Part shown: positions 1-14,593 of the stretch, one piece after another
How the letters are laid out: each line of letters opens with the position of its first letter
How positions within the stretch are numbered: the first letter of the stretch is position 1
From: Chrysomallon squamiferum
Taxonomy: Eukaryota > Animalia > Mollusca
Assembly (NCBI GenBank): GCA_012295275.1
Contig: CM022671.1
Location: forward strand, 22,320,001 to 22,384,000
Direction of reading: 5' to 3'
DNA length: 64,000 nt
Translations under genes and position numbers: made by a program
Notes under the pieces: model-generated
Database searches by the model: none
What the model was told of the DNA's origin: nothing
Seen by the model: only the letters and a program-made list of their open reading frames with translations

Positions 1-859
1 AGCGTTAAAAACAGGCATAACCGTATCAGTTACAATACGACAGTTGCAGCCAATAATATTTAACACCAGAAGATCGGTTTTGGCACAAAATAAACATAGT
101 TTCAGATTTCAGAGAGAGAGAGAGAGAGAGAAAAAAAAAAAAAAAAAAAAAAATGTTTTTAAAGATTTTAGAAAATAAATAACACGTTTGGAGATCACAG
201 AAATATATGTTTCTCATGATTTGAATAACGAGTAAGATCCTGGACACAGATTTTTTTTAAATTTCAGAGTTCATAAAATTAAATTATTTTTTATTTTATA
301 GCCCGAAACCACCGAGGAATAAGCATTGTTTGCCACCACTGAAAAAAAAAATTATGGTATGAGACCTTTAACAATATGATAAGCGACCTTTACGTACTAC
401 TTTTCTAAAATAAATAACATTTATAGTTTAACAACTCCGAAATACATTTAAGAAATACATTTTGTCGATGTTCTGGAAAGAAAGATAATAATAATAATAA
501 TAATAAATAAATAAATAAATAATAAAAAAATTAAGAAAAATGTCTGCTCGTTTCCTGTCCGTTATGTGCGTGCTATTTCGCCATAGTTTTTACTTGCTTG
601 TCACAGTCACTATAATTAGAGTCGACAGCAAAGTACGCTGTTAGCGCCACGCTGACAAAAAAATGCAGGTAACAGAAAGACTACACTGAATGTAAGTGCA
701 CATTATTTACTGGGTTTCATTTTTGAAGAACGAGCCTCTTTATACTTCAACCGTATCAGTTTTCGTGTCTAATGTTCAGATGATCGTTTATATTTTCCTT
801 TCTTAATTTTTTTTTTTTTTTTTTTTTTTTGTGGGGGGATTTTTCTTTAGTGAAACCGA

Positions 860-900
<41 letters not shown>

Positions 901-1103
901 ATTTAAATATCGCGTGTCTTAGGGCCATCCTGATTTGTTAAGAAATAATAAAAAATTTAACATCCCGTACATTTTCAGAGTAGATATTTATTGGCTTATT
1001 ATTGTTTTATAGCCTGTGTGGTCAAGAATGCTGCGGTTTTGTGTACGTAACTTATTGTAAGAGATGGGTGGTGCCTTTACAGAGAAACAGTGTTTTTGTT
1101 TTG

Positions 1104-1156
<53 letters not shown>

Positions 1157-1517
1157 AAATGAATAATAACTGAAAAAAAAGAAAAAAAGATAGCTATTAA
1201 ATTTAATATGTTAATCTCTGTCTTTGTCTGTTTGTTTATCTTTCTCTCTGTGTGTAAGTAGTAGTACTGAGCCTCGATTTCACGGACTGGTGTTGTGTGG
1301 GGGGGGAGGCCCGGTCGAGAAATTGCGAATGCAAACATTGAAACATGAAGATGGTGGAGAGGCGGTTGCTGTGATCTATAGTGGGACTCAGAATAATTTC
1401 TGTATGTATGTATGTATGTATTTGTGTGTGTGTGTGTGTGTGTGTGTGCGTCGCAGTTATTGATATACTTTACCGGGAAAACTGTTCAGTATAACGATTT
1501 AGATCAAGTATTTGAAC

Positions 1518-1562
<45 letters not shown>

Positions 1563-1632
1563 CAGTAACAATAACGACATCATCAACATCAACATCATCA
1601 TCAGCAACAATGGCAATAGCCCCAACAACGGC

Positions 1633-1672
<40 letters not shown>

Positions 1673-2432
1673 GAAGTAGTAGTAGTAGTAGTAGTAGCAG
1701 CAACAGCAAAAACAGTAACAGATAACAATTTAAAAGTTACATTCAAGTTTCACAATATGCACTTCACGCAGCTCTCTTCAGTCATAGAATTTTAAACACG
1801 AAGTAAAATTAACATAATTTATGTAATATTCATGCACTGGTTCATACCGTAGCTAGAATGATAACTTAAGTGTCGCTACGCCTTCACTTCGACATATATT
1901 TTACACAATGGAGACTCATGGTCTTGTACCACTTTCTCACATTAATTTTTAGAAAGGAGAAGTTATTTAGTTTAATTATATTTCAAGGTCAGAATAAAAT
2001 ATGTAACTGCAATAATGTGAATTATAATAGTCTGGATTTAACGAGAAAAACGTTATGAAGAAAAAATAAAATAAAATAAGGTAAAAAAATAATGATGATG
2101 ATGATGATGATGATCATGATGATAACAACAGCAACAATAGTAACAGTGTTATAACTGAAAATTAAAATACAGAATGAAAAAGATATTTCAGTAATTATAT
2201 TTTAATTTATATTGTTAATACTTTAATAAATGTATTAAAAATAATAAATAAATAAATAATAAATAATAGGTTTTTTGTTACGAAATAAAACAAAACTAAG
2301 TAATTAAAAAAAAGTAATAGTAATAAATAAATAAACAAATAAATTAATTAATTAAAAAAAAAAAAAAAAAATAAAATAAAAAAAATAAAACCAAAAATAA
2401 AAAAAAAATAAAAATAAACAATAACAAATAAT

Positions 2433-2479
<47 letters not shown>

Positions 2480-4836
2480 TAAAAAAAAAAAAAAAAAATA
2501 ATTAATCAATTTTTACAAACAAAACACACGAGTCTATTTCCACTCGTAGAGATTTGCTTTAATCTGCGAGAAAGCCCGAGTCTCGGTCACATCACTAAAT
2601 ACGTTCAACAGACACTTGTACTCGCTGACTCTCGACCTGTGTTTGATGTCCACGCCGACTCTTGTGGCATTAATGCCTAATGTCTTGTGGTGCTGTACGG
2701 CGACAGTGTTTCATAACATGACCAAACGGGCTGAACAAGAGACCGTACGATATGTCATTGTCACAGCCGTAGCAAGACAGCAACCCCTGATGTCGACTTC
2801 GTTTTCCACTCTCTGACCTTTTCAGTTTCACTGTTTTAAGTAGTAGAAGAAAAGATGCTGTTGATGATTAAAAAAAAAAAAAAAAAGATGATGATGATGA
2901 TGATGATAATGCAACAGAAGCAACATCGACAAAAGCAATAATATTATATATTTAAAACAAATTTCAAATATAATAACCATCATGGTTCGTTGTGATGGTA
3001 ATATTATTTGTTTTTGTTGTAGTAGAAACAGCAACAGCAGCAACAGCAGCAGCAGCAGCAGTAAGAGTAATAAAAGTAGTCGTAGCAGAAGTAGAAGTAA
3101 TAGTAACAGCAGTTAAGGAGAAAGAATTGATAGTTACGATAAAGGATGCGATTAAAAAGAAAATAAAATAAAGAAGAAGAAAACACGCACACACGCACAC
3201 ACACGCATACACGCACGCACGGGGTAAAATGCAGTTCCGTCTCACACCAGTGCAACGTCGACACAAACCAAACTAACCTCCGCTGACAAATGAAATTTGT
3301 TAAGACGTTTCAAAGTGACAAAAATATTTCACAAAAAGCAACAGTGAACACTGAACGCCTGTTGGTTTAGGGTACAAGGGTGTTAGAAATGTCGTCCTTG
3401 TTATGGCCATCTAAGCCGGTCTTCCATCAACAGAAAAACATCAGCCTCTCCCCTCGACGGCGTAAGGACACATTTGTAACGCGGTCGCTTGTCATTTCCA
3501 GGTGCGGACGCAAGATCTCAGAAAGAGGGGCTGGCGTCTTCACGATGCTGTACGCGACTTTTAATGTGAACGAGTTTTATTATTAACAGAAAGAAAAGAG
3601 ACAGAAATGCGACCACCTCCTCTAGATCCGCGTGGTGCAGTACCTGAAAAGTGTCCAAGGAAAAAAATGACTGCGGGCGAAATATACTTACTTGACATCA
3701 TCACAGAACTGAAAATATAATCTGTGTGAACTTTTCTTCTTCGCTTTTTTAGGCGTAACCTTGATGTTATGCAGTGTTGCATTGAGCGATTAAACACGCC
3801 AAGAATATTTGATTTTCCGTTCCATTTTGGACACGTATCTTTGGTTTATCGCGTACAAAAGCCCCAGTGATGTTGTGGTTAAACCACAGGCCTCAGGATT
3901 TAGAGGAACGAGGATCAAATCTCGATAATTATTTCTATACAGATTTCGTAGCAGAACTGCAAGATCATTATATCTCATCCTCTCTGAACGTAATTACTTA
4001 AATATAAAACAACAACAACAACAAATACTACTACTACTACTACTACTACTACGACAACTACTATTACTACAATTACAACTTCTACTGCTACTGCTACAAA
4101 TAATAATAATTATTATTATTAACTGAAGATTTGAGCAAAGAGCCTATGCTTCTTAATTATATGTCCAGTAATAAAAAACATGAATCTTCAGCAGACAATT
4201 ACAAAATGGTCGACAGAGATAGAAAAAGAAAGAAAATCTACAGTCTAAATCTAAGCTAAAGTGAAAACACACAAAGGAACAAAGACCTAATATTTGATAC
4301 GCATGTATCATCAATAGGCGAATAATACTATGCATTAATGACAAGTATTAAGATTTTAAAGTGAATGGAGTGATATAATTATTAGTTGTGGTGTGCCGTG
4401 TAAATAATTAATCAGTGAGAATAAAGTCAATAAAAATAATTAGTTTTATAGGTAATGCAAATGTGATGAATCTCAAAAAAATAATATTTAATCTTTCAAC
4501 GTTTTATTTTTGCCATCCTTAAGGCTTCATTTTTTTGTTGTTTTTATCTTATCAATTATCTTTTCATTAATATTATTATTATTTTTTTTTTATGTTATGA
4601 AAATCAGTTATGTTTTAAAAGATATTAATTACTACAAATTATATGATGAAAAAAAGCAGCCCTTAATAAAAGAAATGAAAAAAAAAAAAAAAAAAAAAAA
4701 AATTATATTTAAACAGCTAAATGAAATTATTTAATTACTGAGCACATCAATGCGATAAAAAATAAAATTTGAAAATGAAAAAATGAAGAATTGTGAAGAA
4801 AAGAAAAATGATTATGAAAGAAAAAAAATTAAAGAC

Positions 4837-4890
<54 letters not shown>

Positions 4891-5959
4891 TTTCACTGAA
4901 TTTTTTTTTAATGACAAAAGCGAGTACTTTGTAACATTTATCGTTAGTCCTCGATACCTGACTTCGATTCTAATAAAGACTATGAATATTAGATGGGTAT
5001 TATCCAAAAAAGAAAATCTTAATATTCTCATATAAAACGTTCCATCATTTTACAAATTAAAAATAATCAAGAGATATTTAGTTCACTGAGTTCACAAAGA
5101 CAATGGCTGCTCATATTTTGACTCCTGATACGAAAATAAATCCATTTATTTTTTTTCTTTTTTTTTTTTTTTTTTTTTGAAGAAAATATCAAATCTTACA
5201 GAATTCGTCGTCTTTTTATCTCCTTCCCATAATCCACATAGCGATTGTTAGACAAGAAGGAATCGAGATTTTTTTTTTTTTTTTGAGGGCAGTCGTAATC
5301 TGATTTTTTTTATTATATTTTTTACGCTATTGTTCGGTTATCGTATAGAAAGTAGCATTTCTGCTTTATCACGTGAAAGTGGTGGGCTTGCCGATGTAAT
5401 TAATAAGATAACATTACCGATTTTTCTGCGACAGACAAAAGCTGTAGATTGTTCACGAAGCCGTCCACGTCGCAGTGCAAAAGTTGACGTCTCAGCTGGG
5501 AACGAGCGAAGCTTTCGCGCTAATTTTTGAGCCATTGCCGAGCGATTATTGCCCTTGTTACAAACTCTCCAACAATGGAGGTTCAATCACACAAATGGAC
5601 CAGTAATGACGCAGCAAGAAAAACATCACTTATTGCGCCGAAGACATCCTCGCGCTGATTAGAGGGAAAACAATGCAGTTTCGGGGTCGCTGTTATACAA
5701 ATAATGGCCGACCTAATGAATTTAGTGACTCCAACTTTTAAACTCGATCACCAAGCGAAACGGGTACTTAGCTATCCACTACCAACAGGGTCATCTGCAT
5801 TAGCGCTAATCAGCCGACTCGCACAAAGCTTATTAGTTTTTAATGAGTAAAATCATCGTTTGGCAAAGTTCGGCCAGTCCTAATTATTCAGATGTTACGA
5901 TAACATGAGAGAATATAGAAGTTTTTTTTTTTCTCTCTCTCTATTTCGTCCTTTCTATT

Positions 5960-5990
<31 letters not shown>

Positions 5991-8900
5991 GAATTAAAAA
6001 AAAAAAAAAAAATTATTGATATTATTTGTTAAAATGACATTGAAAATAATAGTAACAAGTTTAAGTTTAATTATTATTTTTTAAATATTTCAGTTTATAT
6101 TTGAAATGCAATTTACTAAATATATATATTTTGTTTATTGCTTAACCTGTTTTCTTTTGATTTTATTTTTTATTAATAATAATATTTAACAAAAATGTAG
6201 CAAATTTTTTAGTTTGTCTTATTCAATGTTTACACAGTAGTAGAAGTTGGAAAATTGGTTTTAGTAGAATCATAATAGTACTAGTAGTGTTATCAGTAGT
6301 AGTAGTAATAGTAGTGATAGAATAATGCTTTTAATAATAATTGTTGCGATGGCTTAAATAGGAACGCCAGTAATGATTGCAAAATAATGGTTATACTTGC
6401 AGTAAATTTTAAAAAACTTACTATTTTTAAAAATAACACTTTAAAACAGATATCTGTGTGGGTTTGGGGTTTTCTAAATTTTAATATATTTTTTTTTTTC
6501 CATAAGCATACAGTGTCTTAGAGTGATAAAAACCAATATAAAATTCAAAAAAAAATTCTAATAACACCATATCACACAAAATCTTTGAATCTACGATACA
6601 CCTGAATATCTGCAAATGAAATTAAACCCAAGAGCAAGATTCTTACAAACGTAGAATCCACGACAAGCCTGCCCGCTCCCAAACAAAAATAACAAAAATA
6701 ATGCAAGCCCATTGATTTGTTTTTGATTTTTTTTTTCAGTATCTTTTTCTTCTTTTTTTTTTTTTTCTCCTCCTCCAGTTCAAAGTAACAAATGAAAGAG
6801 AGGTTCTAGTATAAAGATTTATCTAACATATTACCGCGGCGCCACGGAGCTTATTACTGTTTTTTGTACAGTGGAAAACAGCGGACAATGGTCCTTCATT
6901 ATTTCGTTAAAGTTAATGGAGACACACCCAGGAATCATGAATTATACGACAACAGCATCCGCGTTATTGACATCTACTAATGGTAAATACACGGCACGTG
7001 AATGTAATCACCGTCGGCTTGGACGCAACGGTAAACATGAAATCTGCTAAAACGTACACCGTTATTTCGCTCCGCGGCCAATTACGGGTTTAGCGTCGAC
7101 TACGACGGCGGCGCGCGATCGAAATTCTGACAAACGTCTCAGATGTTACGAGAAGTTGCAATATCATTATCCGGTGTAACTGTCTATAGCTGGGATGAAT
7201 TGGTGCTCTAATTACAATGGGAGGAGTATAAAGAAGAAGAAGAAGAAGATTATGATGATGATGAAGTCAAAAAAATAATAAAATATATATACGTGTGTGT
7301 AATTTTTATATATGGATTTATTTAAAGAGTATTAATGAAATTGGCTCGGCTTGCAAATGATAAATTACATGTTAAGTATTACCTCGCAATTATTATTTGA
7401 AATCTTTACCTAGCTGACCTTTTCGATATCGCTGTAAATAACATTTTAAATTAATTAAGAAAGTTACAACGAAGAGGGATGGAAATATCGAAGAAATAAG
7501 AATTCTAATGAAAATGAAAATAAATCTGGCAGTTAGAGTTAATTGAAATGGATTAAAGAGTGACCGATTATGCCTGGTCCATTTCTGTCTTTGGTTATTT
7601 ATTTACTTGTTTATTTTTTTTTTTTTATTGTTGTCTTTCTATTTTATTTGTTTGTTTGTTGGTTGGTTTGTCCCTGTCTGAGATTTTTTAATACAAAATT
7701 TATTTGAGTTAATAATGTATAGATATGCTTAAATTATTATAAAAAGCAGGATTTTATTAATGATTTCGTTTTTAGTTTCATTTAAAACTAAGAATTTTAT
7801 ATTTATTTATTCATTCATTTTAAAATTATCATTTATATATTTTATTTATGCGAAAACAATATAATTTTATATCCAGTACGAAAGTTACTGAAAAGTTAAG
7901 AAAAACCGATAGATACATAGAGACATAAATAAATACATAAAAAAATGAATGAATTAATTAATATTTAAAAAAATTAAATTTAATTAATTTATTTTCTGCT
8001 TGTTATTATTATTATTGTTATTGTGTTGTTGTTGTTGCTGCTGTTGTAGTTATTATTACTGTCATCATTATCATCTTCATCAACATTATAATTATTATTA
8101 ATAATTTATTTATTTATTTATTTATTTTTTATTTTTTTATTTTTTTATTTTTTTATTTTATTATCATCATCGCTATCATCCTAAACATCATTAACTCACT
8201 AATACTATCTAAATTATTTATTTTTTAAAAATGTCTAAGATATTAGTGACGCACTGAAAGGTTTGTTAGAAGAAATAATGTAATGATATTATATTAATCC
8301 TTGTAGTTTTCCATAGAAGCCGGCATCGAGATGCGATCCCATTGCCTTATTAAGACAATGACTTAGCCACAGCGCCATTGAGGATTGTCATGGTGGATTA
8401 TTTTTTTATTATTATTATTTTTTTTTTTTTTGCGTCTCAGACTTTTAACACGTGTTTGATTCAAATGAAATAAATCTTTAACACACATCAGGTGCAGTTT
8501 CACAGCGAAGATTTAACCTTCTTAATAAAATGATTATCTAAAACACAAAAAAAATATTTGTAGAAAGGTTTTACCTTATTAGATTCATTTTCAAAAAGCT
8601 TTTGGTTTTATAATTGTTAAACTGAGTTTTGTTTTTCTTTTGCGGTTTGTTATTATTTTATTTTTTTATTTTATTATTTTTTTTTTATTCTTTTAGCTGT
8701 TTTATTAATAACGCAAAACCACATTCCTTTCCATTCTGTCTTTTGTGATTCATTTTTACGACGAACAGCGAAGGGAATAAAACAAGGAGGCGGGTACTTT
8801 GGTTAGTATTTAATCGGTTTTGTGCCAAAGTGCTTTTGTACATTACAACACTGCATTTATTCACTAATATATGTCGATTTTTAAAACGTATTAATAATAA

Positions 8901-9213
8901 AAAAATATTTGAAAGTGAAATTTCTTTTGTTCTAAAGATATGTTTTTTTCTGTTTCTCTGAACATTTAAGTAACAGATTTTAATTTTTTTTTTTTTTTGA
9001 ATTTTTTTTGGATAAAATGTCAAAAAATGAAATTTCTTTTGTTCTAAAGATGTTTTATTCCTTTTCATTGAAGATTTGTGTAATAGATTTAATAATAATA
9101 ATAATAATAATGATGATGACGATAATAATAATAATAATAATTAAATAAAAAAGAAAATTAGAAGTGAACAGAGAAGGATAAATATATGTGTTGGAATCAG
9201 AAAATTAAAAAAA

Positions 9214-9253
<40 letters not shown>

Positions 9254-10204
9254 AATGAAAAACAAAAGTAAAAAAATAATTAAAAAAAATAAAATGATAA
9301 AAGTAATAAATTGATAAATAACGTGATAAATAAATAAATGAAATGAAACAAACTAGACAGAGATAAATTAATAAATAAATAATAATAAAACGGACAAAAA
9401 CAAACAAATACCACGTAAAGGCGAAAGAAAAGGATTCTTTCTAAATGAAACGGAGATAAAAATAACTACATGACAACACACCAGCAGTCGCAGATAGACT
9501 AAATTACACAAGTTGCACGTGAAGAGGGGTCAACTAAAGCATCTTTATTTACAGAAAAAAAAAAGAAGAAAAAAAAAAACCAAAACATCCATCATATTTG
9601 TTAAAAATACCGAGATGACCAAACGACGGGGATTCTGGCCATGCCAGCAAAACGAGCAAAACTTTCCCATCATCAGCGACTTTCTCACACTGCGGTACGA
9701 CTGCCAGAACGTCTCAGTCGGCCTCAACAGACCACAACAACAACACACTTTCCGCATCATCTTCGCAGTGGGAGTCGGGCAACACACAAAACCTCGATCG
9801 CTGCTTTCCTTCCCTCCCGTGCTAAGTCATCATCACCACCGCCAAGTCTTTGCACGAAGCGAGGTAACTCCAGATGGACGGTTATTCTCACAGCCAAGGG
9901 GGGTAGAAATGCTTGCAGTTTAAGCCGGAGTAATCCGACTCATGGTGTGATCTGATGACGAGTTATGTGTGGTCAGTCATTCCGTATACTTACCGTTATC
10001 AACAGTCTCCTGTACTTGGCATTCCGCAGTCTCCGTGTTGGGCAAATGTGGAGATTTATGTGTGTAATATTCTGGCACCGCCGACATTTTACACATGTGT
10101 GATCGCTACTCGTGGCGCGGAAAACTGTTATATTGTAACCATATTTAACTAGCAGTTATTTACTGTCTCCTCTCTTTGTCTTTGCCGCCGATACGATAAT
10201 TACA

Positions 10205-10390
10205 TAAACGTTTTATAACGTAAATGTTTTTGTTAAACAAACTTAATGTATCTTGAATCTTATTGCACAACGTTTTATAACGTAACTCTGTTTGTTGAAT
10301 AAACTGATATATATTGAATCTTATTGTACAACGTTTTATAACGTAACTCTGTTTGTTAAACAAACTGATATATCTTGAATCTTATTATTC
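10205..10390. repeat. Tandem repeat, 3 copies of a 61-62 bp unit
   Basis: ACGTTTTATAACGTAA starts at 10208, 10270 and 10331, each followed by similar TTTGTT..A..AAACT...T.TA..TTGAATCTTATT sequence. Confidence 0.9.
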
Positions 10391-11769
10391 AATTGTTCAT
10401 ATATAACTATCTGCTTATAATTATAGGCCTATATATTATTCAGTTATTCGCACATGTATGCGTGTTTATTCTGAGTGTATATGTAATAGTTGTGATAGTT
10501 TCGAGATTGGTCTGAAAACGAAATTTCTACAACTTTGAAGAACTTGTCTGTTTAGTCAAATAATTGTAGGAACAGTTATATTCGTATGTGTTTGTGTGTG
10601 TGTGTGTGTGCGTATGTTCGTGTGTGTGTGTGTGTGGGGGTTATACATATACATAAACAAAAAAGATATACGTGTTTACGAATAAATCTTTCATCCACCC
10701 ATTCAGTCTTTAACATGTATTTACAAGCCACCGTCTCTTAACAACATTGCGCAATATTTACGATAGTCACAACAACATCTGAAACGTCCGAAAAAACAGA
10801 ATTCTATAACTTTGAAGAAGAACTTATCTGTTTAGCCAGCGTTCCAGAACACGAGAGAAAATTAATCGCGGACAAGTATCAAAGTACGCGCTCGCGTATG
10901 CACTGCACGCACGACACGCACATCTCATCTTTTTTTTTTTCGTGCAGGCCCGAACGTATATCTCCGTTACTTACGCGCATCAGCGACAACTCTGAAAATG
11001 TTTCGCGACGTCACGACTTCGCACAATTGATGTGCACTCACCAGTGAATCGTTATCTAATTTCTAAAATGATAGAAGTCAGGAATATGTTTGTTTTGTTT
11101 TGTTTGCGTTTATCTGTAACAAGCGGCTGGCTACATCTCGAATGTATATCTGTGTATTGGTATAGAAACATCTAGCATTTATCAGACAATTTGATATTAG
11201 GTATATGTTGCTACTTGTCCGTTATCTGCAGCATCTGTTCGTTTCTTTAGACACGCTATTTTCTTGGTTTTTAAAAAACTGCAAGATAAAATATGCTCAT
11301 AATTAATAACATGTCAAATTAGGCAAATAATGTTACAGAATGCGCTTATATATGTATATTCCGTTGTAATATGACATATTATATACGTTAATAATTAATT
11401 ATATATACATTTAAGTAAGTAATGCATTACACCATCAAAAACTGTCTACTATATTATATTGTGTTGCACTGAAATGCATATAGTTTAAGGCAAAAAAAAA
11501 ATTAACAAATTAAAAATATATATATTTTGGTTTTTCTGTGAGTTTTTAAACGAAATCATATGAAAAACAAAAAGTCAGAATAAACTCCCATATTATCAAG
11601 TATTCTAATAAAAGGGGAAAATCTTCTTCTTTTTTCGAATTAAAGTTAGTTATTAGTTTAAAAAGACAATGCATCAAATGAATTATTAAATGAAAACAAC
11701 TGATAAATAACAGCTCTTTTTCTGATAAGACAAACATTGCTAAAATAAACTGTAAATGAAATACAGATA

Positions 11770-12480
11770 ATAACTCATTGATTAAATGCTTGGTCTGTAA
11801 AACAACACACACACAAAAAAAAAAATGTATTGTTAAAAATGCTCTGCCTATGAAACAATAAATATAGTGTTAATATCACTTGCGTACAAAATAACATACA
11901 CGAAATATGCTGTTAAAAAGCTCTGCCTATAACAGAACACGAAATGAATTATTACAAATGTTCTGCATACATAATAAAATTCAGTAAATTTATTTTTAAA
12001 AATTCTCAGAATTAATCAACGATCTGTCTATAAAAAACAACAGTCAAAACATTTGTTGTTAAAAATCCTCAACCTATAACACAGACAAGAATTTTATTGT
12101 TAAAAATGCTATACCAATAAAACAGTAAATACATCCCAAAAATGATTTACATACAATATAAGACAATAAATATTCTGTTGAAATGCTCTACCTAAAAACA
12201 ATAGAAAATACATACAGTTTTACTTTTTCATATTAAATAATAGAAAGAAAAAAATATTGCTTAAATGCTCTGCATTATAACAATAAACAGACTGCCAAAA
12301 TGCTCTACAATCAAAACGGGACAATAAATATATTGTTAAAACGCTCTGCTAAATAAAAACAAAAGACAAATACATTGTTTTTTTTTTTTTTTTTTTAAAA
12401 ACAACAACAAAAAACTCTGCCTATGAAACAAGTGACAAGAAATGGACTGTTAAAAGCAGTTAACCTGTAAAACAAGAGAA
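11770..12480. repeat. Degenerate minisatellite, unit about 40 bp (core TATTGTTAAAAATGCTCTGCCTATAAAACAA)
   Basis: Variants of TGTTAAAAATGCTCTGCCTAT recur at about 11831, 11911, 12057, 12098, 12176, 12258, 12333 and 12415. Confidence 0.8.
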
Positions 12481-14220
12481 AATTAATGAGCGAGTAAGTG
12501 AAGGAGAAACAAGAATTTATCAAGACGAAACAAATGAATAGGAAACTTCAAAGGCGGAATCTGCTACAAGGTAAATTACGTGCTGTTTCTCACAGCCCTC
12601 GTAGCGTTCATACATTATCGTTTGGCGGATCCACTATCAAGAAAAATAATGAAATAAAATAGGGGATGGGCAAGACCAGCTAAATCTAATCTTTTTAAAA
12701 AATCTACTTCTTTTTTGTTGTTTTGTTATTTTTATACTGGAACAGTTTTGTCTGTTTGCTTTGTGAGCTTCTGTCTGTCCGTCTCTCTTTGTCGTATTTT
12801 CCCAAATACATAATTTACACAGTAGGTCTGTTTTTATTTCAAACAGTTAATTTTGTATTTCATCGATAAACCATGACTGCTTTTAAACTGGCAATCTGTT
12901 TAAACATTCTAAAAACAGCATATATATATATATATGAATATTAGAAATTGTAAAAACAAAAAAAGTATTTGACTTGCAAATATGTACATAACAAGACATT
13001 CACGACCACGCGCGCACACACACACTCACAAATATATATATATATATATAGTGTTAAGTATTGGTCACACACTCCACCGTTTTGTATTATTTATCCCAGT
13101 TTGTAATGCGCTATTTATAGCTATTTAACTTGCCTAATTCATAGCAGTCTTTTTCTGCAGACGCTAATATCAAACACGAACGGCTCCAGTAAAAAGTTAA
13201 AATGCTGGAACAGAGAAAAAGTAATGGACCCCACCAAATTCACCCTTAAATAGCACCTTGTTGAGTAAGCATAAAAAAACCTCTCTGTGACTAAGACAAC
13301 GGCAATCAAAAAGGCGAGTTCGCTGTGGTGGGGTGACATGAAAGTTCGGTGATGCAGTTTAAAGTATAAATCAAGAGCGTAACAGAATGTGTTCTTTCGT
13401 TTTAAAAGGCAGAACAAATTTTAATCGTAAACTTAATTGTCAGAAGCCGTGACTGAAATGAATGTGTTGCGTTGTGTGAGAGTTATGAACGAAAGTAGAT
13501 TTAGTTAAAAAAAAAAAAAAAAAAAATTTAAAAAAAGAATAAGAAAAAGAAATATCTTGGTTTAAATAGAGAATAGAAATGAAATGATTTTTATATTTAA
13601 AGATTTTGTTAATATTAATTTTATACAGTTTTTGTTTTTGATTTGATATGATTTTTTTTTTAATTATTATTTTTTTTGTATATTAAATGTGTATGTGTGT
13701 ATATATGTATATATATATATATTTGTATTTATATTTATATTTAATTATTATTTTATGTCACTTATTTTTAAGACAAACTTTCTAAAGATGTTAAAAGTAA
13801 AACACTGTTAAAACAAATAACATACAAAAGACAGCAATGAAACTGTTTCATTAAATTATTACTTGCTAATAAATAAAGAACAAAAAATGTAATAATAAAC
13901 CAAACTAAACGAAACGAAACTAAACTAAATAAGTAAGTAAGTAAGTAAATAAAGAAATAAAGAAATAAAGAAAATAAAACAAATAAAATAAAACAAACAA
14001 AATAAAATAAAATAAAATAAAATAACAAAAAAATTAATAAAAGAAAAGAAAATAAAAAAAAATTAATAAAATAAAATAAAAGAAAAGAAAAGAAAATAAC
14101 AAAAATTAATAAAATAAAATACAAAATGAAATAAGTTATGCATAAGTATATATTGAAATGAATTTCAGTCTACATTATCTTAATAAGGAGATAGTTGCAC
14201 TGTCTGATGAAATTTTTTAT

Positions 14221-14272
<52 letters not shown>

Positions 14273-14548
14273 GAAGAAGAAGAAGAAGAAGAAGAAGAAG
14301 AAGAAGAAAAAAGAAAATTGTTTTAAAAAACAGAACAAAAAAAAATAAACAAAAACAAAAAAAAAAAAAAAAAAAAAAAAAACAACAAAAAAAAAAAAAA
14401 AACAGGTGAACAAACAAGTCAAACGCGAGACTAAATATTTATTACATTATTTTATAATTATTTAGTTAAACTCATTGCTTTACGTTATTCTGAAGGTCAT
14501 TTCAGAATTTGTAAAATGCAACTACAACTAGTGAACTACATAACTAAC

Positions 14549-14549
<1 letters not shown>

Positions 14550-14592
<43 letters not shown>
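14550..14592. repeat. (CA)n microsatellite
   Basis: Direct reading. Confidence 0.95.

Positions 14593-14593
<1 letters not shown>

Noticed and set aside
9545-9787. Cys-rich 80-aa minus-strand ORF
   Set aside because: The Cys run derives from a (CAA)n repeat; overlapping ORFs in several frames reflect local GC content; no domain recognised.
10205-12480. CRISPR-like interpretation of the tandem repeats
   Set aside because: Eukaryotic context, no unique spacers between repeats and no cas genes.
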